A stretch of 64,000 bases of DNA from Blastocladiella emersonii ATCC 22665 (lineage: Eukaryota > Fungi > Blastocladiomycota), in the NCBI GenBank assembly GCA_025594325.1, contig JANHCV010000015.1, forward strand, positions 248,001 to 312,000, given 5' to 3'. The position numbers were made by a program, and so were the translations under genes. Positions 1 to 10,320 of the stretch are shown here, one piece after another; position 1 is the stretch's first letter; the number at the start of each line of letters is the position of its first letter. The notes under the pieces were generated by a model that had not been told where the DNA came from, did not search any database, and saw only the letters and a list, made by a program, of their open reading frames with translations.

Positions 1-246
1 CTTGGACATGAAGCTAGGATTAAACCACTTTGATTCATCGATCAACCCGATAATGAAACTGCAAGGGAAATCAGAGCCCGCAGCGCCACCTTGGGGTGTG
101 CAACCACGCGTTGTGCCACTCACGCGATCGGCTGTCAGCGAAATTAGTCACCTTTCCTCACTCTGCCGCGTCGGCTCGCTCGCGAACCTTCGTCTCGCCC
201 GTGCATCAGGGCCCACCATGCACTTGGAGCAAACGCCAAAGACCAC

Positions 247-1111
247 ATGCAAGAAGCTCATGAAACTGATGGCAGTGCGCTCGAGGCCGACTTTCTCAGC
301 TTCCCCGAGATCACTGCGGCGTCGTGGTCAAGACCAACGTTCCGCGACGGCTTCTTGTCCATACGTATAACCGGTATCGGCGAAATACTCAACGAGTATA
401 TCGCCCTGGCCTACAGGAACGGCGAGACGGTCACTTTGTCTCACAAGCTTATCGCTGATATCAATGAATGGGTGACCGACACCAAGTACATGCCCGAGTG
501 CTTCCCCGACTGGACCACGATCCCACCCGGAGCAGCACGCGAAGTCTTTCTCAACTACTACTCACGCAATGGCCCTGCCGGGTGTCAACCCGTGATGCCC
601 GGGTTAGCACAGCTTGTCCATCGGCTTCGGCGGAATCTCCCACGAGTCGTCTCCTCCGCACTTGATCGGCACGTTACGGCCCAGAAGCGTCGCCTGATCG
701 TGTCGTGTACCGCCACTACCTCGCCGAGCTCGAGCGCCTGCACGGCGACGCGCTCCGCCGCCGCCGGATCCTCGAGTCTGCCGCTGGGGAGAGCGCTCGT
801 CAAGTGCTGACGGCGCTTGTTGGCCCTCATCACAACTCGCGTTGCCTTCAAACGTGCGCGCGTGGCTCGAATACGAGGAGCTCGTGGACGAGCCCGCCAT
901 CCTGCAATCGAGAGCTTCCAAGGGCATTGACCAGTGCGAAAAGGATGCTACCGACCGTGCTAGTGGAAAGCACGATCCCGGATTGCGTTGCTCGATGCGC
1001 TGCGGCAGGCGGCCGCGGAACTCGTCCGTGAGGACTGGGCCGAGTCAGGCCTCGCTGTGCCTGCTTGGATCGTTCGCTTCAGAGTTCCAGATCGCGTCCA
1101 AGAGCCAGTAG
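247..1111 (+). pseudogene. Probable frameshifted gene remnant of unknown family
   Basis: Protein-like segments continue across different frames (ORFs 247-810, 705-1031, 842-1111). A GTGGCGCAACGCG-like motif (reverse complement, one mismatch) lies upstream at 106-119. No family motif recognised. Confidence 0.3.
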
Positions 1112-1296
1112 TTCACGTCAGAGTCAGAAAGAATGTAATGCTCATTTAACATATTTTCTTGGCATCGGATCCCGCGTCGCGTGCTGAGATCGAGCTCACC
1201 TCGCTGGAAGGAGTGACGTGTCGGCCCAAGCTGGCCCGCGGGGTGAAAATCGCTGGCGCGCGCCGCGAACGGTTCGCGCTCTCACAGTGCCGCCAC

Positions 1297-1776
1297 ATGA
1301 AGCGAATGAATATCATGAATTCACCGCCGCCACCGCTCGACTTTTCTTCGCTTCCCGAGAATGCAATAGGTCTGGTCGTCTTACTTGCCACGCCCGCGGC
1401 ACGGGTTGTCAGTGCGTCCCGAGTTCTCACGGACGTTGCGACCAGTTTCCCTCTTCTCCCGCTCCCGCTCGTCTGGATCGACCGCATCGGCGACAGACTT
1501 TCGGCCTACCTTGCCTTGGCCGCGCCTTCCGACCGACTTGTCACCGATTTGGTACCCGAGTGGAAGTCCGCCATCGCTGGTTGTGCGGAAACTAGCCACT
1601 CTGAAGCCGTACGCAAGGCGGGACTTTTGGTCAGAATCCTACGCGCAGCAGCCGTTCATGCACCAGATAATCTTGCCGCGCTATTGCTCATTGTTTACGA
1701 AGGCGACGTGGCGCAGCTTCTCTCGATTTGGCGCCGCTTTTTCCCTGCAGGCTTCTTTGACACGCTCCTCAACTAA
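1297..1776 (+). pseudogene. Internally deleted copy (159 aa) of the F-box-like paralogue family
   Basis: The family N-terminus (MKRMNIMNSPPPPLDFSSLPENAIGLVVLLATPAARVV...PEWKSAIAGCA) is fused in frame to the family C-terminus (ILRAAAVHAPDNLAALLL...FFPAGFFDTLL). About 500 central residues are missing compared with 2065-4176. Confidence 0.75.
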
Positions 1777-1990
1777 CGAGCCGGTGCGGCTCTCAAGGCT
1801 TCCACGGAGGTCAATATAAACCAATGTTTGTGCCTTGGAGATAAGATTGTGAATGGTTGGCTAGTATGTTTGCCCTCGAGAACGCGAACATGGAGAGCGG
1901 GGTGGCGCGTTGCGCCACTCACGCCACCGTCTGTCAAACAAATCAGTGGCGCTGGCGGTCTCGCTGGAGTGAAAATTGCGGCCGCAGGCC

Positions 1991-2058
1991 CGAACCGGTC
2001 CTCTCTCTCGCGAACCGGTCCTCTCTCTCCCGAACCGGTCCTCTCTCTCCCGAACCGG
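1991..2058 (+). repeat. 20-bp tandem repeat, 3.4 copies (CGAACCGGTCCTCTCTCTCS)
   Basis: Read directly: units at 1991, 2011, 2031 and a partial unit at 2051, immediately upstream of ATG 2065. Confidence 0.95.
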
Positions 2059-2064
2059 CACCAC

Positions 2065-4176
2065 ATGCAGCGAATGAAATACTCCAACCCGAAGCTACAC
2101 CTTGCTTCACTTCCGGACGATGCACTGGCTCTCATCGTCCAACTCACCACCCCTGCGTCACGGGTCGTGAGCGCGACCCGGGCTCTCGCCAATGCCGCGG
2201 CCGCTTGCCCGCTCCTCCCGCTTATTTGGTTCGACCGCGTCAGCAGCAAACTTTCGGACTCTCTTGCCAAGTTCAAGGCCGAACCTCGCAACCTATTTAT
2301 CCTCGACTCGGTGCCCGAGTGGAAGTCGGTCGTTGCCCACTGCGCACGCGCGGCGCTTGCGCTGCGGAAAGACCCGGACTTGAAGAAGAAGTCTCACGGC
2401 TCGTTTGCGGGTGACCGCAACCGGCCGCAGCTAGCTATGCACCCCAGTTTGCCAAACGCGCTTCGCCCCAAACTTTTTGACACGCTCCTGCGGCCGTGCC
2501 GACAGCTTTCGGCCACGCAGCGCAGCTCGCTTCTGGACAGCCTCGCGTCTGGTACCCTCGAACCCAGGCACTGCAGTTGTGCCGCGGCGGGTCTTGTTGT
2601 CGACGCTCTAGTTCTTGTCCTGCTTTTCGAGTCCACCCAAAACACAGCAGCACTCGATTACGCGCTCGCGGCGCTTGTCCGCTCGCTCCCCGCGGCTGTA
2701 CTCGAGGCTCGCATTCCGCTCCGCCGAACGCTTGAATGGGTTCCCGACCGGTCGAGCTCCCTCCAGGACAAATTTGGCAGCCTCAAGTTCATGGAGTCCT
2801 TCGACTCGGAGCGCGCGGATATGTTAACTCTTGTTGCGTTCTCAGCAGCGCTGCACATGAACGTCGATGCGCTCAAGCTCGTTTACCAGCACCACCCGAG
2901 CCCTGACTCGATCGTGACATTCCTCCAGACGCCGTGGGTCTACGCAATGATTCTCAAACGTGTCAACCTTTACCGTCTCGAGCGCGTTCGCGGCTTCCTT
3001 GACTGGCTGATGAGCCGCGGGTGGAATCCGCAGATCACACCAGAGGCTGGCGAGACTGATCCGTGCGTTGCCGTCGTCAGCTATTTCGACATTGACGTCT
3101 TCAGCGACGACGATCTGCTCCGCGTATTCGAAGCGTACGACCGCTCCCGGCTCGCCACCTTGGCCGACAAGCACCAGCAGGAGCTGATCTGCAACACCTT
3201 CACTCGTTGGATTGACGGGGATTGCTTTGTCCCGATCCTTGCTGCTGCTCGCGCGTGGCCTTGGCTTTCAGCGCCTGCTTGCCTTGCCGTGGTGCTGGGG
3301 CACGTTGTCCGCTTCAATCACCCCGCTGACGACTTCGAACCATTCCTCGCGAACAAGCGCCCTGGCGAACTGAAACAGCTCTTTGGTCGCATGTTGCACC
3401 TCATCGGTGGCCCCTATACCGAGTTTCACGGCTCGCTCTCACGCACCATTATTTTTGCCGTCGAGCGGTGCGGGCTGACGGCAGCGATCGAGGTTGTCGC
3501 TACACACGCTCACGAATTTGCCGACCGCACGTTTGGCCTTGATCTCGAGGCGTTGGGCCTTGACAGTGTCAAGTCCCGCGTCGCGCTCGCCAGTCACTTG
3601 TTTCGTTTGCACGCCGCCGACTCGATCCTTGGCAACAAAGACCTTCTTTGCGCACTTGCAACCTGCCTGATTCCGGTTCTGGCCAAGCCTAACGCCAAGC
3701 GCTACCTTGCTTCGCTCGTGCCCGCTGGCGACAGCGGTCGCGCGCGCTGGTCCGCCATATACGCGGGCTTCCTGGCGGCCGTATCGAGCGAGTTCTCACG
3801 GACGCCACAGGGGTGGGACGACGACCAATCTATGGACGACGGGCTCCCCGAGGATGACGAGCTGCTTCCCGCGTGGCACAACTTCCTCGTCATGTGCCCG
3901 CCCAGCGCCGTCGATCAGCTCAACCCGCGCTTTGTCGCGCAGGCGGGCCCCGCGCTCGAGGTCCTTCATCACACCATGATCGATTCCGACCCTGAAGACT
4001 CGGATGACGAGTACGAAATCGATCTGGCGGAGGACATGCTCCGCGCGGCAGCGGCCCACGCACCTGAAAGCTTGGCCGCGCTTTTCCTCGTGCACTACAA
4101 TGGCGACGCGGCGCGGCTCGCAGGCCTGCAGTCTGTCTTTCCGGCTGGTTGCTTTGACGCGCTCGTCGATGAGTAA
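2065..4176 (+). CDS. F-box-like family paralogue, 703 aa, intronless
   Basis: Long ORF. The ATG was chosen by the family start pattern MQRMK followed by LASLPDDALALIVQL. Shares blocks (LDWL..GW.P, FADRTFGLDLEALGL, WSAIYAGFL, MLRAAAAHAP) with the other copies. Confidence 0.85.
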   Translation: MQRMKYSNPKLHLASLPDDALALIVQLTTPASRVVSATRALANAAAACPLLPLIWFDRVSSKLSDSLAKFKAEPRNLFILDSVPEWKSVVAHCARAALALRKDPDLKKKSHGSFAGDRNRPQLAMHPSLPNALRPKLFDTLLRPCRQLSATQRSSLLDSLASGTLEPRHCSCAAAGLVVDALVLVLLFESTQNTAALDYALAALVRSLPAAVLEARIPLRRTLEWVPDRSSSLQDKFGSLKFMESFDSERADMLTLVAFSAALHMNVDALKLVYQHHPSPDSIVTFLQTPWVYAMILKRVNLYRLERVRGFLDWLMSRGWNPQITPEAGETDPCVAVVSYFDIDVFSDDDLLRVFEAYDRSRLATLADKHQQELICNTFTRWIDGDCFVPILAAARAWPWLSAPACLAVVLGHVVRFNHPADDFEPFLANKRPGELKQLFGRMLHLIGGPYTEFHGSLSRTIIFAVERCGLTAAIEVVATHAHEFADRTFGLDLEALGLDSVKSRVALASHLFRLHAADSILGNKDLLCALATCLIPVLAKPNAKRYLASLVPAGDSGRARWSAIYAGFLAAVSSEFSRTPQGWDDDQSMDDGLPEDDELLPAWHNFLVMCPPSAVDQLNPRFVAQAGPALEVLHHTMIDSDPEDSDDEYEIDLAEDMLRAAAAHAPESLAALFLVHYNGDAARLAGLQSVFPAGCFDALVDE

Positions 4177-4883
4177 TGCGACCACGCGCGCCAGCTCGCG
4201 GCGGACGAGGGGTCTGACGTCTCGCGGCTCAGCGCAGCTTTCGTTTGACATTGACGCAGAGAAAAAAAAATAAACGGAGTCCAACAATTCAAATGTTTGA
4301 GGGAAGCAACCAAGATCAGCGGCAAACCTGGCCGCGAAACTCGCAGTTCGTCTCGTCAGGCTGCAGCGGGGCCGTCGTCTCGCCCTCTTCCTAGCACACG
4401 ACCGCGCCGAGCTTAGTCGTACACCCGGCCGCAGGTACCGTGACGCTGCCAGACTGTCGGCAGCCTCGCCAACTGTGAGCGCAACGCGGGTGCCCGCGTA
4501 CGCATCGCCGTTGCACGAGCGGATCCACGCGACGCTGCCGCTGACCAGCACCTTGTACGTGCAACCACAGGCCGCGATAAATTCTCGTCCGACTTGAGAT
4601 CAGCAAGCGCGCATTCATGGCGCGTGTACATGGCGGTGGCCAACGCCACGTTGACGCCCTCAAGCGCTCGCACGACACGAGGGCCTGCAGCCTGTCCTTC
4701 ACGGTGTTTGTTGCGCGTTCCGGTGCTACTCTGGACACCGGCGACCGGGGAGGGTTGACGAGCCTGTCGCTGCCGGAGTGGAGGTCGCACGCATCGCGTT
4801 TCAGAGTGGCCGGCCGGCTGGGCGTGCGGTGAAATTCCCGCGGCGCACCGCAGCGCGTCCTCTCTCCCGCAACCCGGCCGATA

Positions 4884-6917
4884 ATGTATCAAATGAAAAT
4901 GGACCGACCACCACCCAGCTTGACCTCGCTCCCCGACGAGGCGGTTGAGCTCATCTTGCTCCTGAGCGCCCCCTCGTCGCGGACCGTGACCGCATCTCAA
5001 TTTTATGCCGACGCTGTCAACCGAAGCCTGCTGATTCCGCTCGTCTGGTTTGACCAAGCCGAGGAGCAGCTGTCGAACTTGCTCACCGAAGCGGCGCCCG
5101 AAACATCCGATTCGCTGGAGGACACCCTCGTCGCTGGCTTAGTTCCCATGATGCCGTCCAAGCTCGCTCGTTGTGCATCCGCAGCGATCGCGCTGCAGGG
5201 CCGGTTTGACGGACTCCCGCGGCCGCCCCTGGACGTCAAGCTGTTTCACGCGCTCATGCGACGCTCCTGCCTCATGCCGGCTTCACAGCAGCGCGACCTG
5301 CTCGATTACGCAGTTGAAGGAGGTGCGTATACTATCAACGAAGTCTGTATCATCGATGCAACCGTCCTTGCACTGTACTTTGTTGCAACGCACAACGCAC
5401 CGGATTTCGAATACGCCCTGTCAAACTTGGTCCGCGTGCTACCCGTATTTATGCTTGAGCCCCGCGTACTCCTCCGCACGATGCTGCCCTTGATTCCCAA
5501 TCGCACTTTCGAGTTCCAAGAGGAGCTCAGAGCTCTATGTTTGACTCAACACGAGGACCTCTTCGCCCATCCATACAAACCTGTCGTCGCAGACGTCCTC
5601 ACCCTCTTCGCGATTTCAGCTGCCATGGAAATGAACCTCGATGCGCTCGAGCTGACTTTGCGCCATCACCCGCGGCCGGACTCGGTCCTTGCTCTGTTCG
5701 CCGAGACCGTTGTTTACCCAGCGTTTCTCGCACGCCTCAACAATTACCCGCTCGAAACCGGCTGCCGGCTGCTCGACTGGCTGCTTGCCCAAGGTTGGGA
5801 ACCGCGGTGTGCGACAGCAGACGAGGTACGCAAAGCAAATTTCACCATTGCCAGGAACCTTGATCCAGCCATCTATGACCTCGAGACTGTCGTTCGCATC
5901 TTCAACAAGTATGACCTTGCTCGACTCCAAAGCTTGACCAACGAAAAACAGCGGAGCGTCTTTTCTTGGAGCTTCGAGTGGTGGATTAACCAAGGTCACA
6001 CCGCTTACGTTCTCGCGATTGCCGCTGCGGTTCCCTGGTTCTCGGAGCTCGAGTACTGGACGCCGGTCGCGATCTGCGCTGTGCAACCAGAATCGCCTGG
6101 AATCGAGCTTGAATGCCTATTCCTTGGCAAGCATGGCGAGGACGCGCGGCAGTTGCTGGACGCCATGCTCCGCGCTGTTCCGCTTCGACTCCCGCAGCGA
6201 TGGAAGCGGTACGCCGAGATACTAGCCATCGCGGCACGCGAATGCGGGGAACCAGTCGCCATCGAGCTTGTCGTTACAAACATTGGCTCTCATACTGACC
6301 GCCGCTTCGGATTTGACCTCGACCTGATTGGGCTTGGCGATACGGAATCCCGCGTCGCGGTCGCTCAGCGGCTTCTTAATGTGCTCCTAAGCAGCGACCA
6401 AGCCGAGGAGAGCAAGCTTGCTGCGCTTGCGTTGTGCATGATTCCCATCATCAACTTATCAGGCATCATGGATCGACTGATTCCCGCTGGCGAAGGAAAC
6501 CTCCCGCTGTGGTCGATCGTGTACGCAGGCTTCCTTGCGGCCGTTGCGAACGAGTGCACCTCGGCGTCGCAATTTTGGTATAACGAAGAGACTGGGAACT
6601 ACATCGAGGCAATCGAGTCCGAATCCGTCGACCATCAGCTCATTCTTACCGCGTGGCGCGAGTTTCTTTCCAGTTGCCCTGCCGAGGCCGTCCGGCCGGA
6701 CGACCCACGCTTCCTTCAGCACATTCTTGGGCCGCTCGGGGTTCTCTATCGCGAACGGATTAATCTCTCGGATCCTTTTGCCACGCTCGCACACGAAACG
6801 CTCCGAGGCGCAGCAAACCATGCGCGTGCTCACTTTGACGCGCTTGTTGCGCTGAGCACCGCGAACGCGGGTAGCGCGACATCACCCGCCCCTCCGGCTG
6901 CAGCTCCGGAGCCCTAG
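4884..6917 (+). CDS. F-box-like family paralogue, 677 aa, intronless
   Basis: ORF begins MYQMKMDRPPPSLTSLPDEAVELILLL and carries the same family blocks. Confidence 0.85.
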   Translation: MYQMKMDRPPPSLTSLPDEAVELILLLSAPSSRTVTASQFYADAVNRSLLIPLVWFDQAEEQLSNLLTEAAPETSDSLEDTLVAGLVPMMPSKLARCASAAIALQGRFDGLPRPPLDVKLFHALMRRSCLMPASQQRDLLDYAVEGGAYTINEVCIIDATVLALYFVATHNAPDFEYALSNLVRVLPVFMLEPRVLLRTMLPLIPNRTFEFQEELRALCLTQHEDLFAHPYKPVVADVLTLFAISAAMEMNLDALELTLRHHPRPDSVLALFAETVVYPAFLARLNNYPLETGCRLLDWLLAQGWEPRCATADEVRKANFTIARNLDPAIYDLETVVRIFNKYDLARLQSLTNEKQRSVFSWSFEWWINQGHTAYVLAIAAAVPWFSELEYWTPVAICAVQPESPGIELECLFLGKHGEDARQLLDAMLRAVPLRLPQRWKRYAEILAIAARECGEPVAIELVVTNIGSHTDRRFGFDLDLIGLGDTESRVAVAQRLLNVLLSSDQAEESKLAALALCMIPIINLSGIMDRLIPAGEGNLPLWSIVYAGFLAAVANECTSASQFWYNEETGNYIEAIESESVDHQLILTAWREFLSSCPAEAVRPDDPRFLQHILGPLGVLYRERINLSDPFATLAHETLRGAANHARAHFDALVALSTANAGSATSPAPPAAAPEP

Positions 6918-7262
6918 TCATACCTTGTTAACCGGGCATAACAATCTCGACTGTTCTTCCAGGCGTGGACACGAAGAGCTCCCATACCATGGAGACTAGA
7001 CGCGTTGGGTGTTTTGGTTTGTCGTTGTAAATTGATAATATCTTCCTACATCCCAAAGCAAAACGTGAAAACCTCACCTTGAACTACGCGTCGAACTCGA
7101 ACTCGACCTGAAACTCGGACACGCGTCGCGAAAACACGTGAGCCGCCACGTGCAGCCTGCGTCACCTGAGAGACGCGTGAGTGGCGCGGGCGCGTCGCTC
7201 TTCTGTCTCCCGCCCCGTTCGTTCGCGGACGCGTCGCGCGTCGCGCCACCTTGTCTTGTTCT

Positions 7263-7318
7263 GGTGCTGCTTGTTACCCCGCGTACGCGGGGTGCTGCTT
7301 GTTACCCCGCGTACGCGG
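7263..7318 (+). repeat. Exact 28-bp tandem duplication containing palindrome CCCGCGTACGCGGG
   Basis: GGTGCTGCTTGTTACCCCGCGTACGCGG occurs at 7263-7290 and 7291-7318. Confidence 0.9.
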
Positions 7319-7419
7319 GCGCCTCCAGGCGCGGCCGATCGCCCTCTCTCTCTCGAGCCCGTACACCACTACACACCCATTAGACCGACCCTTGCGCAAC
7401 GAAGACTCGCTAGACAGAC

Positions 7420-8774
7420 ATGAATCTTACAATGCACCGACTCCGGCTCGCGGCCGCCGCGCTGGTCGCGGTGGCCGTGTGCCTTCTCCACGCCGCGGCG
7501 CCGGCGCTCGCGCAGCAGTGCTCGGCCGCGAGCCCGGCGTGTCCCGCGGGACTGTGCTGTTCCAAGGCCATGGGATGGTACGCCGCGCGCTGCAGTTGAC
7601 CGCGAGGGGTTGCACTCACATCCGGCCACGAATAGGTGCACCTCCTCGGCCGAAGCGTGCAATACGACGGACCAGTGCCTCAGCAACTGCCGCGCGCTCG
7701 GGCCCTCGTCCAACAGCACGTCGTGCCCGCCGCGACCGACCGTCTCGGCCGGCGCCATGAACGCGGCGCTCGTCACGCTCCGCGCGCTGCGTGCCGCGCC
7801 CCGCACCCTGCGCTCCCGCTCTCCGCAGAACCTCCCCGCCTCGACGAGCGCACTGCCCAACGTGACGTGCACATTCGCAACGACGCTGACCGAGTGCGAC
7901 CTGACAGCGTTCATGGGCGGCGCGTTATCGTGCCCGTACTGCGCGTATTACCTGCCGTACATAAACTCCGCGCTGCGCGAGTCCGCGATGCACTGCCCGC
8001 TACGCATCGCGGCGTTCCTCGCGCAGGTGCGGCACGAGACGCAGTCGCTGCGGCGCATGTGGCAGCCTGCGGACAACGGGGCCGGCGCGCTGCACCTGCT
8101 GCCGTCCAACTTCCCGGCGGCTGTGCGCGATATCCCGGCGCTGCGCGACGCGGTGCGCGCGGTCGTCCCGGCGACGGCGACGCCCGCGGGGGACGACGTG
8201 GACGTGCCGGCGATGGCGGCGCGGATCAAGTCCGACGCGGCGATGCAGCAGGCCGTCGGCGCGGTGATTGCGCGGCCCGAGTTCGCGTTCCGCACCGCCG
8301 CGTGGTGGTTCACGACGGGCGCAGGTAACGTGCTCGGGTTTGCCGGGTGCGGCGACCTGCGGCGCAACGCGGACCAGGGGCTCGGCGGGCCTGCGGCCAT
8401 GGTCGACGGCGGTGGCGGTGCGCCGAGCGGGCTGTATGGGATTTCGCCGTGCATCTTCGGGGTACGTGCGGCGTGGTTCAGTGTAGGGGACGCGAGAACT
8501 CACACTGTGCGCCGTGTAGACGAGCACGGACCCGGGCTGGTCGCAGCGTTTGCAGTACTACATGGAGGCGCTGGCGGTGGCCGAGCGGCTGGTCCCGGAC
8601 CCGCTGCCGCTGACGGATGCGGTGGCATCGGATCCGGGCACGACTACGGTCACGCGGAGCAAGTCGGGGACGACGGATCCATCGACCGCGACCGCTTCAT
8701 CAAGTGCGGGTTTGACGGATCCGGCCATGGGGCTGGTCGTGGCGCTGGTCGCCGCGGTTGCCCTCGTCCTGTAA
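7420..8774 (+). CDS. Secreted chitin-binding (CBM18/hevein) plus GH19 chitinase-like protein, probably GPI-anchored; introns 7578-7635 and 8462-8519
   Basis: Signal peptide, then QCSAASPACPAGLCCSKAMGWC, then the GH19 motif IAAFLAQVRHET and the C-terminal WSQRLQYY helix, then an S/T-rich stalk and hydrophobic tail. Both GT-AG introns restore the frame. Confidence 0.75.
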
Positions 8775-9087
8775 CGCACACCCCACTGCACAATACACCC
8801 GATTGCACGCTTACACATACACATGGTCGACCCCACGCGCGAGACAGGGGAGGGGAGACGCGTCTCATGCGAGACAGATTCGATCAGCTGTGCGCCACGT
8901 GATGCCCGGGATACACAGCATTTTCGCAATCTCCTCTTTCCTCGCCTCTCACCTCATTTGCCCTCGCTGGACCACCCCCGACTACCACGTAGCTATCCCC
9001 TGCATCTTGCTGCAACGCGTTGCCGACCTTCGACTGAACCCTATCCGCGGTCGATTAATTAGACTCCCTGACTAAGGAGAGCCATCC

Positions 9088-10162
9088 ATGTTCCGCCACT
9101 TGGTCCCCACCCTGGCCGTGGCCGCCCGCGCCTCCACGGTGGTCCGCGCGGCGCCCGCGGCCCGCCGCGCGCTGTCGAGCTCCGCCCTGCGCCTCAAGTC
9201 GGACGCCTCGTCGGCGCCCAAGTTCACGGGCCCCGCCGCCGCGATTGCCCGCAAGCCGGCCGCGACGGCGACGGCTGCTGCCTCGGAGCCCGTGGCCGCT
9301 GCCCGCGTCGACGAGCTCATGGAGGAGATGGAGGTGCTCAAGGACGAGCTCGTGCTCGGTACGCTGCTGCTCCGCGTGGGGACGTTGACGGTGGCCCGAC
9401 TAACGCTCGTTCACGTGTAGAGGGCACCGCGACCGAGGTCATCTCCGTACCCGCCGCCTCCACCTTCTCTACCGCTTCCGCCGCGACCGCCGCGCTGCCC
9501 GAGCGCAAGTCCGCCGTGGCCGCCGACATGGACCTGTTCGTGACGATGCTGCGCAACAAGGAGGCGGCGCGGCAGCGCGAGCTGACTGGCACGTCGGACG
9601 ACGCGCACGCGTCGGCGGGCGTTCGCAACAAGCGGCTCGAGAACCCGCTGATCCCGGCCGACCACCCGCTGCTGACGGACGATTTTGCGCTGCTGACGCC
9701 GTTCGCGACCCCGTCGCGCCCTACCGTCGCGTCCATCTTCGGCCCGCTCACCCTCCCGCACCGCGAGTTTGACGCGGACGCCGACGAGGTGCCCGAGGCC
9801 CATGAGGCGGCCGCGGCCTCGCTCATGAACCACGCCAACTTCCCGTACCTCCTCGCGCCCGGGCTCCCGCTGCTCCCCGGTGGCCCGACGCCGATCGTGC
9901 ACAGCGACGCGCTCGTCATGGAGCTCATGTCGCCGGCGGGTGCCGGTGAGCTGCCCGCCGGGTTCCTCGACCACACGCGCGCGCCGGGCGCCGAGGGCGC
10001 GGTCGACGGCATGTACATGACGTCCGTGCTGCGCAAGCGCCGCAAGAAGATGTACGTTACTCTGGCTGACGGAGGGAAGGGCGCGATGCTGATTCGTTGA
10101 TGTGTAGGAACAAGCACAAGCTGCGCAAGCTCCGCAAGCGCACCCGGTCGCAGCGCAAGTAG
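9088..10162 (+). CDS. mS38: Mitochondrial small-subunit ribosomal protein mS38-like (COX24/DUF1713); introns 9359-9420 and 10052-10107
   Basis: Mitochondrial-type presequence and spliced C-terminus SVLRKRRKKMNKHKLRKLRKRTR. Confidence 0.8.
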
Positions 10163-10320
10163 ACTCCTCTCTCGCCTCTCGCCGTCCTACCTGTATTCCA
10201 TGCCCCACCTCCTGCTGCTCTGTTCCCCTCCGTATTTGAACCTTCCCCTGCAACAACAACAAAGACTATTAGCTCGATACTTATGCAATTCAAACCACCA
10301 CCATAAAACCACCACCCTCG

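Noticed and set aside
4200-4880. Possible gene between two paralogues
   Set aside because: Only short overlapping ORFs with no motif or consistent frame; treated as intergenic.
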